Source: Methylococcaceae bacterium
Lineage (GTDB): Bacteria; Pseudomonadota; Gammaproteobacteria; Methylococcales; Methylomonadaceae
DNA length: 64,000 nt
Direction: 5' to 3'
Assembly: GCA_030626845.1 (NCBI GenBank)
Contig: DAOUTG010000001.1
Location: 24,974-88,973, forward strand
In this document: positions 17,065-28,330 of the stretch, piece by piece
How the letters are laid out: each line of letters starts with the position of its first letter
Position numbering within the stretch: the first letter of the stretch is position 1
Made by a program: the position numbers and the translations under genes
The notes under the pieces: model-generated
The model's input: the letters and a program-made list of their open reading frames with translations, nothing else
Databases searched by the model: none
What the model was told of the DNA's origin: nothing

Positions 17065-19206
17065 ATGACTATTTCCAAATTGACATTGAACTATCAGCTT
17101 GCAGCGCTGTGTTTCATAGTGTCTAGCCAGATCGCTTTTGCTGAAAAAATGGATGAAGCGCATCCTCATCAGTTAGAAGACATCATTGTTAGTTCGCCTA
17201 TGAATCAATCGCTATCGGAAACCGCGCTCCCTGTGCAAATTATTAGTGATGATGAATTACGCAGAAAAATTGCACCAACGATTGGTGAAACATTAGAGAA
17301 TGAACTTGGAATTACTAACCAGTCTTTTGGTCCTGGTGTTGGTCAGCCAGTTATTCGGGGTCAAAGTGGGTCGCGGGTACAAGTTTTGCAAAATAGCCTA
17401 GGTAGTCTTGATGCGTCTTCATTAAGTCCCGATCATGCAAATAGCACCGAACCTTTATGGGCTGACCGTATCGAGGTATTGCGTGGCCCTGCAACATTGC
17501 TTTATGGGAGTGGTGCTATTGGCGGTATCGTTAATGTGATTGATAATCGAATCCCTGACCACCTGCCCGAGCGTTTACTTCAAGGGGCGATTGAACAACG
17601 CTACAATACCGCTAATGAAGGCGTTAGCAGTGCTTTTAAGCTCGAAGGGGGAAAAGACATGTTTGCTTTTCATATTGATGGTTTTTACCGAGAAAGCATT
17701 GACCTTAGTATTCCAGGCTATGCGGTTAATGAATCAGCAGAAGCGCAAAGTCATGGAGAAGAAGAGCATGCGGAAGAGGAAGACGTATTTAACAGTCAGG
17801 GTCGCCTAAAAAACACTAATACTCGTGCTAGGGGCGGTTCGGCAGGCTTTTCTTTGATTGGCGATGCAGGATTTATCGGCGTTTCGGTTAATCATCTAGA
17901 TAGTCGCTATGGTGTTCCGCCAGGCGCGCATCAACATGCTGGCGAAGAAGATCATGATGCACATGCTGACGAAATGGGCAACGAGGATTTTGAACGGGTG
18001 CGTATCCACTTGGAGCAAACTCGCTATGACTTGAAAGCCGAACTTTACGACCCATTCAGTTTTGCCGAAAGCCTACGTTTGCGGATTGGATACAATGATT
18101 ATCAACACATGGAAATAGAAAATGGCACTCCTGGAACGATTTTTAAAAACAAAGGGGTTCTCAGTCGTCTTGAACTCGTACAAAAACCCTGGTGGATATT
18201 CGATCATGGGGTCATCGGCGTGCAAACACAAAATAGCGAATTTTCCGCTTTGGGTGATGAGGCCATTGTTCCTAAATCAGATATTGATTCATTTGGTTTT
18301 TTTACCGTTCAAGATATTCATACCGAAAACGTGACCTATGAAATAGGTTTACGAGTCGAACAGCAATTCATTGACCCAAAAGGACAGCAACGCAGCGCGC
18401 ATACGCCCATTAGTTTTTCAACCTCTGCTTTATGGGACGTTACCGAATCTGAATCAGTGAGTTTGTCTTTTTCACGTTCCGAACGCGCCCCCGATGTTCA
18501 AGAACTCTACGCAAACGGAGCGCATTTGGCGACACAAGCCTATAATCAGGGCAATGTAGACCTACAAGTAGAGACAGCGCATTATCTTGAGTTGGGTTTT
18601 CATGTCAAACGTGACTGGATACAAGCAGATTTCAACTTATATCAAAACTGGGTTCAGGACTATATTGCCTCGGTTAATAATGGGCTTTTTTACGACAGCC
18701 ATGATGATGCCTTTGTCAATAATTGTGATGAAGCCGATTGCTTACCCGTTTTTGCAAGCGAACAAGAAGATGCCCAATTCACAGGTTTTGAAGCGCAGGT
18801 CAGTATTCCCTTGCTAAAAACCGCGTATGGGACATTAGAAACGCAATTATTTAGTGACTATGTGCGGGGTCGTTTTGATAATGGCAACGATATTCCCCGT
18901 ATGCCGCCCTTGCGTTATGGCATGGGACTTTCTTGGCGTGATGACAACTGGGGAGCAAATGTTCGCGTGACGCAAGTGGAAAAACAGGAGAACACAGGTG
19001 AAAATGAAACAGTCACGCCAAGTTATGTGTTGCTCAATGTGGGAGCAGATTACCGTTTTAAAATGGATAATGACCGTAGTTTATTTTTCTTTGTTAAAGG
19101 CAATAATCTACTCAATCAAGATATTCGCAACGCAACCTCGTATTTACGCAATGTTGCGCCTAGTGCAGCACGAAGTGTTGAGCTTGGGCTTAGAATTGGA
19201 TTTTAA
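17065..19206 (+). CDS. znuD: TonB-dependent outer-membrane receptor, ZnuD-like (His/Asp/Glu-rich loops)
   Basis: Signal peptide, plug motif 'IEVLRGPATLLYGSGAIGGIVNVI' and C-terminal 'ELGLRIGF'. His/acid-rich loops 'QSHGEEEHAEEED' and 'AHQHAGEEDHDAHADE'. Zur box upstream and zur downstream. Confidence 0.8.
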   Translation: MTISKLTLNYQLAALCFIVSSQIAFAEKMDEAHPHQLEDIIVSSPMNQSLSETALPVQIISDDELRRKIAPTIGETLENELGITNQSFGPGVGQPVIRGQSGSRVQVLQNSLGSLDASSLSPDHANSTEPLWADRIEVLRGPATLLYGSGAIGGIVNVIDNRIPDHLPERLLQGAIEQRYNTANEGVSSAFKLEGGKDMFAFHIDGFYRESIDLSIPGYAVNESAEAQSHGEEEHAEEEDVFNSQGRLKNTNTRARGGSAGFSLIGDAGFIGVSVNHLDSRYGVPPGAHQHAGEEDHDAHADEMGNEDFERVRIHLEQTRYDLKAELYDPFSFAESLRLRIGYNDYQHMEIENGTPGTIFKNKGVLSRLELVQKPWWIFDHGVIGVQTQNSEFSALGDEAIVPKSDIDSFGFFTVQDIHTENVTYEIGLRVEQQFIDPKGQQRSAHTPISFSTSALWDVTESESVSLSFSRSERAPDVQELYANGAHLATQAYNQGNVDLQVETAHYLELGFHVKRDWIQADFNLYQNWVQDYIASVNNGLFYDSHDDAFVNNCDEADCLPVFASEQEDAQFTGFEAQVSIPLLKTAYGTLETQLFSDYVRGRFDNGNDIPRMPPLRYGMGLSWRDDNWGANVRVTQVEKQENTGENETVTPSYVLLNVGADYRFKMDNDRSLFFFVKGNNLLNQDIRNATSYLRNVAPSAARSVELGLRIGF

Positions 19207-19276
19207 TATAATTTATCAGCAAATTCACGTTTTACGGCTTAGAATAAACGTTTAATTATTATGTTGCTTATTTAAT

Positions 19277-19756
19277 ATGTCAAACACATTACTAACCGAT
19301 TCAAGTCACAATCACCAACACTGTATTAATGATGCTTTAAAATCGGCTGAAAAGATTTGTCAGCAAAAGAATATTCGCTTAACCCCGATACGCAGACGTA
19401 TTTTTGAATTAGTTTGGTCGAACCATAAAGCCGTCGGAGCGTATGAGTTATTGGAAACGTTGCATTTAGAAGATCCAAAAGCCAAGCCTGTGACGATTTA
19501 TAGGGCTTTGGATTTTCTTTTAAAGGCGGGTTTAGTTCATAAAATCCAGTCTTTAAATGCCTTTATCGGTTGCTTAAAACCTGAAATAGCCCATCATTCG
19601 GTTTTATTGATTTGTAATCAATGCCAGAAAACAGATGAGATCGAAGCGCAACAAGCTTACGACAATATTTATCAACTGGCTGAAAAAAATTCATTTATGC
19701 CCCAGCATATAAGCCTTGAGTTACATGGGTGTTGTAAAAACTGTCAGCTCACATGA
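19277..19756 (+). CDS. zur: Fur-family zinc uptake regulator
   Basis: Fur-family winged helix 'RLTPIRRRIFELV...GAYELL...IYRALDFLLKAGLVHK' with CxxC pairs (CNQC, CKNC). Adjacent to a Zur-box gene. Confidence 0.8.
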   Translation: MSNTLLTDSSHNHQHCINDALKSAEKICQQKNIRLTPIRRRIFELVWSNHKAVGAYELLETLHLEDPKAKPVTIYRALDFLLKAGLVHKIQSLNAFIGCLKPEIAHHSVLLICNQCQKTDEIEAQQAYDNIYQLAEKNSFMPQHISLELHGCCKNCQLT

Positions 19757-21000
19757 AAATAGCGGTTTTATATACAGGCGGAACGATTGGTTGTGTTCCT
19801 GATTTAACAGGCGCATTAACCCCCTTATCTTACGGTGCATTTGAAGAGGCTTTCACACATTATATTACGCCCATTATTGAATCACAATGGTCAGATACCT
19901 TCGTTGATGTTATTGCATTTAAAGACGATACGGGAGTAATTACTGCCTTAGATAGTACTAATTTACAACCTTCTGATGGGTGTTTAATGACGACTCAGTT
20001 ATTAGAACTTTATCTTAATTATGATGGTTTTATTGTGTTACATGGAACAGACACCATGGCTTGGACAGCGGCGGCATTGTCATTTTTATTCACAGCACTT
20101 AATCGCCATGGACAGCCTATTGCTCGTTTGGATAAACCCATTATTGTAACAGGGTCTCAATTGCCATTATTTGAGGGTGAAAACGATACCGTCAATGGCT
20201 TTAACGATAATACAGATGCTTATCAAAATATTTTTGGATCAGTCTCCTCTGTTTTTAGCGGCGTAACCGAATCCTGTCTATTTTTTAATCGAAAATTATT
20301 GCGAGGAAATAGAAGTATCAAAACAAATGCCCGTCTATTTGATGCTTTTTCATCGCCTAACTATACCGCTCTAGCAGAAACGGGCATTGACTTTTCATTA
20401 ACGCATAATTTTTTATCGCCACCGCCTCATCCAGATATTGCACTCAGTAATTCAACAGGTATTCCCTTAATGGCGTTAAGAAACCAGCTTAATTATATTT
20501 CAACGCATATCAATCATGCCTTAATATTACCTTTTTACGCCTTTCCTGCTTATTATAATTCTTCATCTATCCCCAATAGCAGTTATATTGCAGATGTTTT
20601 AAATCAAACGCTGAAAATTCCACAACTAAAAGGGTTAATTCTTGAGTCTTATGGGGCGGGAAATTTTCCTTCGGGCAATGTTAATAATCCAAGCGATGGG
20701 GCTATTTATCAAGCGTTAGCAAAGGCTAATGCGTCTGGAATTACGATTATAAACTGCACGCAAGTACTGGCAGGTACAGTTAATGCGAATACTTATGCTG
20801 CGGGTACATGGATGAGAGAAGTCGGTGTAATTGATAGTTATGATATGATTGCCGTTGCCGCGTTATCTAAACTAATTTACCTAACTATTTTACGTGACTA
20901 TAACGGTAATCATTGGAATCAAGCCTGCATTCAAACGCTAATGCAGACTAATATAGTGGGTGAGATCATGACAATTGATAACTTATTAGCATTTTCCTAA
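19753..21000 (+). CDS. type I L-asparaginase-family protein (long form, 415 aa)
   Basis: 'VLYTGGTIG' (nucleophile Thr), 'LHGTDTMAWTAAALSF', 'IIVTGSQLP' and 'LRGNRSIK'. ATG overlaps the zur stop (ATGA). Confidence 0.8.
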   Translation: MKIAVLYTGGTIGCVPDLTGALTPLSYGAFEEAFTHYITPIIESQWSDTFVDVIAFKDDTGVITALDSTNLQPSDGCLMTTQLLELYLNYDGFIVLHGTDTMAWTAAALSFLFTALNRHGQPIARLDKPIIVTGSQLPLFEGENDTVNGFNDNTDAYQNIFGSVSSVFSGVTESCLFFNRKLLRGNRSIKTNARLFDAFSSPNYTALAETGIDFSLTHNFLSPPPHPDIALSNSTGIPLMALRNQLNYISTHINHALILPFYAFPAYYNSSSIPNSSYIADVLNQTLKIPQLKGLILESYGAGNFPSGNVNNPSDGAIYQALAKANASGITIINCTQVLAGTVNANTYAAGTWMREVGVIDSYDMIAVAALSKLIYLTILRDYNGNHWNQACIQTLMQTNIVGEIMTIDNLLAFS

Positions 21001-21001
21001 C

Positions 21002-21163
21002 TTAACCTTAGGCGATAGAATTTATCGGTGTGAGTGTGGATTAGAGATAGATCGTGATTTTAATGCGGCTATCAATTTAAATCAATACGGTGTGGACACG
21101 CTAAAGCCCACCGAAAAACGCATACAAGAGTTTAGTAAGTCCGTGACTTCGGTAACGGCTTAA
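21002..21163 (+). pseudogene. tnpB: 3'-terminal relic of an IS200/IS605-family tnpB (OrfB) gene
   Basis: Translates to 'LGDRIYRCECGLEIDRDFNAAINLNQYG...', the TnpB zinc-finger plus RuvC-III (DRDxNAAxN) block. Only about 50 codons remain; no N-terminal part and no tnpA. Confidence 0.65.
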
Positions 21164-21244
21164 ATATTGACAGTGTGAATAGGTTTATATAAATCTTTAT
21201 AGATTATGTTAAGTTTTTATTAGCGGCGTACAAAGAGGCTGTGT

Positions 21245-22675
21245 TTAATCGCTCATTTTTGCCTTACAATAACCCAGAAAAAAATGGACTAATCGCTTAA
21301 AATGAGCAGGGTGTTGAAACGTCATAGCAATATATTTATGAGCAATTCGATGTTGCTTGTAAAAACTTATTAAAATTGCTTGATATTCTCGATCTAAGCT
21401 TTCTTTTGTAAATCCATCGGCAACCCAAACAAAATTCATTCCATTCATTTTTTCCCAATGATCTTCACAAATATTTGTACCGTAAATCTCTCGATAAATA
21501 GGCGAGCCAGGATAGGGGGTAAATTTAGTAAGATTCATGGTTGTCATCGGAATTCGTTTTGTAAATGCTTTAGTTTGAGCAATGGTCTCATCTGTTTCAC
21601 CAGGATAACCCAGCATAAATAAACCTTTACAACGAATTCCTGCAGCGGCTGTCCAATTTACCGCCCGTTCTGAAATTTCAACGCGTGCGGATTTTTCCAT
21701 TTTTTGTAATAATTCATCAGAGCCTGTTTCCAATCCAAAACTAATTTCCCAGCATCCCGCCTCTTTCATTCGAGCTAACACATCAGGTTTTACAGTATCA
21801 ACTCGTGCGGCGCAACTCCATGTCATTTTAAGTTTATTTTTAATGATTAAATCACATAAGGCAAGCGTTCTAATTCGACTCGCAAGAAATAAATCATCAA
21901 CAAACTGAATATGGCGGATACCATATTCAGTTTGTAAATTTTCCATCATTTTATAGACCTTTTCAGGTGAATAAGCTCTTACTTGTGCGCCAAACGTTGA
22001 CGTATCACAAAATTTACATAAAAAGGGACAACCTCTTGAGGCAACTAAGGTTGCAACGGGAGCTTGAGGATAATCATAAATCGCAGGTAAATACGCTTCT
22101 GGAAAATTGGGTAATAAATCCCAGGCAGGCGTAGGGAGTTTGTCTAAATCGCTAATTGTTGGCGCAGCTTGAGTTTTAATGAGTTCGCCATTTTCTCGAT
22201 AAATGATCCCTAAAACATCGCCTAAATTTTGTTTATTGACTAAAGTATCTAATAATTTGGGTAAAACTTCTTCGCCCTCATGGATAACTGCAACGTCAAA
22301 TTCTTTAAACCGTTCCAAGGTTTCCATGCCCATTGAAGAAATATGAGGTCCACCGACAATAATTGTACACTGGAGTAACGCTTGTTTAATCAATTTAGCA
22401 ATGAGTGCAGACTGCCAAACACTAACGGTAAATAAACTGATACCAATGAAATCAGGGTGTTGTTCACATAATCTCTTGACGACTTGTTTTACGCTCAGGT
22501 TTTCTATATCGCTTTCAATCAGGGTGACTTCATAACCGTGGTTTCTAACCGCAGCAGCAAGATAGAGTAATCCAAGTGAGGGGCTGCGATTGGTAATGTG
22601 ACGTACAAAGTTATAGCCTTTAGCAATGCGTTCGTATGGCGGGTTAATTAAAATTATTTTTTTATTTTTTGACAT
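21245..22675 (-). CDS. B12-binding-domain radical SAM protein (class B)
   Basis: N-terminal B12-binding-like region 'DFIGISLFTVS...IIVGGPH' and radical SAM cluster 'SRGCPFLCKFC'. 476 aa; specific function not assignable. Confidence 0.8.
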   Translation of the reverse strand: MSKNKKIILINPPYERIAKGYNFVRHITNRSPSLGLLYLAAAVRNHGYEVTLIESDIENLSVKQVVKRLCEQHPDFIGISLFTVSVWQSALIAKLIKQALLQCTIIVGGPHISSMGMETLERFKEFDVAVIHEGEEVLPKLLDTLVNKQNLGDVLGIIYRENGELIKTQAAPTISDLDKLPTPAWDLLPNFPEAYLPAIYDYPQAPVATLVASRGCPFLCKFCDTSTFGAQVRAYSPEKVYKMMENLQTEYGIRHIQFVDDLFLASRIRTLALCDLIIKNKLKMTWSCAARVDTVKPDVLARMKEAGCWEISFGLETGSDELLQKMEKSARVEISERAVNWTAAAGIRCKGLFMLGYPGETDETIAQTKAFTKRIPMTTMNLTKFTPYPGSPIYREIYGTNICEDHWEKMNGMNFVWVADGFTKESLDREYQAILISFYKQHRIAHKYIAMTFQHPAHFKRLVHFFLGYCKAKMSD

Positions 22676-22790
22676 AATAACTCTATCTAAATTGTTAAAA
22701 AATAACTAAAACTTAATATGGGGGTAGACACCTTTTTTTTAAAATACTCATCATGATATTAATAAAATATGTAAAACATTTTCCCTATAA

Positions 22791-22832
22791 ATTCCAAGGA
22801 TTAAATTCCAAGGATTAAATTCCAAGGATGAA
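22791..22832. repeat. perfectly phased 14-bp tandem repeat x3 (ATTCCAAGGATTAA)
   Basis: ATTCCAAGGATTAA / ATTCCAAGGATTAA / ATTCCAAGGATGAA read directly from the sequence. Intergenic, 116 nt upstream of the radical SAM ATG. Confidence 0.9.
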
Positions 22833-22874
22833 TATATACACAGCGTAAGTAGGAGAGACTGTTTTTATGGTATG

Positions 22875-23528
22875 CTATTTAGCATCAATATCAAGCTGAC
22901 TAATCCCATTAGCCCCTAATGATAACTTTAATTTCAATAAAGCAGGACGATTCTCTGTTATAACAATAGATAAAGGATTCTTTTTAATTGCTTTTTTCAG
23001 AGTAACAATAGGGATTAGGCGAGCAACTTTAGATTGCTTGAAGTTTGAATAACCGAATACAACACCAAGATAACGCGCACCTTCTTCTCTATCTATAATA
23101 AGTGTCTGCTTATTTCCAGGTAAAACAATAAAATGTTCAATCCCAATACAAGCAGGGTCAATTTGCTCGGCAGTTAATAAATGTCTTAAACCAGTACTAG
23201 ATTTTGAGGCAATTAAAAATGCTCTAGGGTCAGAAAATTGAAAAACCTTCATTAGTAAAGCATTGGGGGCATTATCAAATGAATTTAACGACTTTTCAGA
23301 CTCAATTTCCAAAGAGATTGCTTTTTGTTGATGCGCCCAAGGCATTTCATAAATCTTTTTAGCCTCCGCATCAAAAATATTGCCTTTATCAACCCAATTT
23401 TGTTGTTGGTCATCCCAACGCCATTGATTAACAACGATAGCTTTTTGTGGCAGTGGTACAGGCTTTTCAACTTTTTGCACACAAGCTGTTATCACTAAAA
23501 CTGAAATTAATAGCAGTCTTTTAGTCAT
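22875..23528 (-). CDS. hypothetical lipoprotein
   Basis: 'MTKRLLLISVLVITAC' has a signal peptide with lipobox ITAC. The remainder has no family I can assign with confidence. Confidence 0.6.
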   Translation of the reverse strand: MTKRLLLISVLVITACVQKVEKPVPLPQKAIVVNQWRWDDQQQNWVDKGNIFDAEAKKIYEMPWAHQQKAISLEIESEKSLNSFDNAPNALLMKVFQFSDPRAFLIASKSSTGLRHLLTAEQIDPACIGIEHFIVLPGNKQTLIIDREEGARYLGVVFGYSNFKQSKVARLIPIVTLKKAIKKNPLSIVITENRPALLKLKLSLGANGISQLDIDAK

Positions 23529-23571
23529 CGTTGCTAATGTCCTAATGTCATTATTTAACTCAAGTCATTAT

Positions 23572-26068
<2,497 letters not shown>

Positions 26069-26155
26069 TATTATATGTCCATTCGCAGAAAACGCCCCAT
26101 ACAAATGGAGCGTTTTAGTGGCGATGTCCTTAGAGAAAAATCTCTAAGGAATTAT

Positions 26156-27016
26156 TTATTGTAGTTTCTTAAAATATTTAAAGAAATCAGAATCAGGCTC
26201 TATTACGATCATATCACCTGCATTTGAAAAAGTCTTTTTATACGCATTCAAACTACGATAAAATCTAAAAAACTCAATATCTTCACCATAAGATTTAGCA
26301 TAAATTTCAGCAGATTTTCCATCACCTTCTCCGCGTAATGTTTCTGCATCACGAAAGGCATTCGCTAAAGTCACTGTCCTTTGACGATCCGCATTAGCAC
26401 GAATACGTTCGGCGGCTTCTGACCCTTGAGAACGAAATTCACGAGCGACTCGTTCACGTTCAGCTTCCATACGTCGATAAACGGAGCTACTGACTTCACT
26501 CGGTAAATCAATTCGTTTAACTTGAACATCAACAATTTTCATACCTAAGGTTGCGGCAATCGTACTTGAGCTTTCAATTAATATTTTACGAATCGCACTA
26601 CGATCGGTAGAAACCAGTTGTTTAATATCACGTTTACTAAATTCTGCACGATAAGCATCTTTAATAATTTGATCTAAGCGTAAGTTGGCTTGGTTAATAT
26701 TTCCAGATACAACGGTATAGAACTTAGTTACATCGCCAATACGCCATTTAACAAAAGAATCTACGATAACGTTTTTCTTTTCTGCGGTTAAAAATCGCTC
26801 AGGTTTTGAGTCCATTGTTTGGATTCGGTTATCAAATTTCTTGACTTTATTAACCATGAAAGGCCATTTAAAATAAAGCCCCGGGGTATAATCCGATTTA
26901 ATGATCTTTCCAAATTCAAATTTAATGGCTTTTTCAGTTTCTGTTACCGTAAAAATACAACTTGTCGCGATAAAAAACAATGCCATAAGACCGACTAAAA
27001 TTTTATTAGCTGTCAT
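26156..27016 (-). CDS. hflC: protease modulator HflC (SPFH/band-7)
   Basis: N-terminal transmembrane segment plus SPFH domain. ATG overlaps the hflK stop (TAATG). Confidence 0.9.
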   Translation of the reverse strand: MTANKILVGLMALFFIATSCIFTVTETEKAIKFEFGKIIKSDYTPGLYFKWPFMVNKVKKFDNRIQTMDSKPERFLTAEKKNVIVDSFVKWRIGDVTKFYTVVSGNINQANLRLDQIIKDAYRAEFSKRDIKQLVSTDRSAIRKILIESSSTIAATLGMKIVDVQVKRIDLPSEVSSSVYRRMEAERERVAREFRSQGSEAAERIRANADRQRTVTLANAFRDAETLRGEGDGKSAEIYAKSYGEDIEFFRFYRSLNAYKKTFSNAGDMIVIEPDSDFFKYFKKLQ

Positions 27017-28209
27017 TATCGTCCCCTTTCTGTACGAGTACGTGATGAAACCCTAGGCGCAGTTTGAACTGTTTTATGAGGCAAAGATCTAGAATCATTA
27101 ACCATTGGGTTCTCTGTTGCTTGTTCAGTTGTTGAAGCTGCTATTTTATCTAAAGGTAAATAAAGCAGATTATTTCCCCCTTTGACATCAACCATGACTG
27201 TTTTAGTGGTTGCTAAAACAGCTTCCATTGATTCCAAATATAAACGCTGCCTTGTGACTTCGGGTGCTTTTCTATATTGAGTCAATAATTTCATAAAACG
27301 GCTGACTTCACCAATAGATTTAGCGATTACTTCTTCTTTATAAGCTTCTGCTTCTTGAATTTTTCTAGCTGCAGCTCCTCTTGCTTTTGGAATGACATCA
27401 TTCGCATAAGCTTCTGCTTCATTAATCAATCGCTGTTGATCTTCACGGGCTTTAATCGCATCTTCAAATGCGCCTTGCACTTGTTCAGGCGGTTGAGCAT
27501 CTTGCAAATTTACACTAGTAATTTGAATGCCTGCCTTATAAGAATCCATTACTGTCTGGATTTCTTTCTTAATCTGAGCAACAATATCACCACGACCTTC
27601 GGTTAAAACAAAATCCATTTTGCTACTACCAATAACTCCACGTTCAGCACTTTCGGTAACTTGCTTCAAAGTAGCCTCAGGGTTTGCTACATTAAAGAGA
27701 AATTCTTTGGCATTTTTAACTTGATATTGAATCGCAAGGCGAACATCAATAATATTTTCATCTTTAGTCAGCATTAACGCTTCTTTAGGGACAGAACCTA
27801 CACCTTGCCCTCCCGCAGAACGATAACCTACTTCAATATAACGTTGTTGTTTAACATTAACTAATTCAACCTCTTCAATAGGGTAGGGAAAATGCCAATG
27901 CCAGCCTGCCTCAGTCAAGGGTTTAATATATTGACCAAATCGTGTTTCCACGCCATGATTACCCTCATCAACGATGTAAAAACCACTGATTCCCCAAAGG
28001 AACAAAGCCCCTGCAAATAAAACGCTAAGTCCTATGGAAACACCTGATGAATTATCACCCTCTCCATTGTCGTTATTACCACCACCAAAAATACCGCCTA
28101 ATTTTTCTTGCAATGAACGAATTGCTTCATCCAGATCAGGTGGACCTTGTTGGTTTTTACGACCACTCCAAGGGTCTTTATCATCACCACCGGGTTCATT
28201 CCAGGACAT
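27016..28209 (-). CDS. hflK: protease modulator HflK (SPFH/band-7)
   Basis: 'MSWNEPGGDDKDPWSG' is a typical HflK N-terminus. Transmembrane segment plus SPFH domain; sits in the hflX-hflK-hflC order. Confidence 0.9.
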   Translation of the reverse strand: MSWNEPGGDDKDPWSGRKNQQGPPDLDEAIRSLQEKLGGIFGGGNNDNGEGDNSSGVSIGLSVLFAGALFLWGISGFYIVDEGNHGVETRFGQYIKPLTEAGWHWHFPYPIEEVELVNVKQQRYIEVGYRSAGGQGVGSVPKEALMLTKDENIIDVRLAIQYQVKNAKEFLFNVANPEATLKQVTESAERGVIGSSKMDFVLTEGRGDIVAQIKKEIQTVMDSYKAGIQITSVNLQDAQPPEQVQGAFEDAIKAREDQQRLINEAEAYANDVIPKARGAAARKIQEAEAYKEEVIAKSIGEVSRFMKLLTQYRKAPEVTRQRLYLESMEAVLATTKTVMVDVKGGNNLLYLPLDKIAASTTEQATENPMVNDSRSLPHKTVQTAPRVSSRTRTERGR

Positions 28210-28330
28210 ACAGATGCTCCAAATTGGGTTACTTCAAAAATTAAATCTACGTGTTTGATGCGCTATTCTATCGTAAATAAGAACCATTTCTATTTTTTTG
28301 CTCATATTTTTAATAAAAAATAGTTTGTTT

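Noticed and set aside
17540-19255. Four same-strand out-of-frame ORFs (17540-17809, 18122-18334, 18587-18817, 18998-19255) nested in the TonB-receptor gene.
   Set aside because: They overlap a full-length receptor with plug, barrel and terminal-Phe motifs, and their translations have no features. Their presence probably reflects the locally different base composition.
22676-22790. Possible cobalamin riboswitch in the leader of the B12-radical SAM gene.
   Set aside because: The leader is AT-rich and lacks a B12-box-like GC-rich core (…AGYCMGgAGaCCkGCc…).
22791-22832. Tandem repeats considered as a CRISPR array.
   Set aside because: The units are 14 bp and directly abutting with no spacers, and there are no cas genes in the window.
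22875-23528. Lipoprotein whose central pattern (…SLNSFDNAPNALLMKVFQFSD…FL…/…ILPGN…ARYLGVVFGY) recalled TssJ/SciN, considered as a hint of a type VI secretion system.
   Set aside because: The resemblance is from memory of a loose pattern only. No other T6SS gene (tssK/L/M, hcp, vgrG) is present in 64 kb. It is left as a hypothetical lipoprotein.
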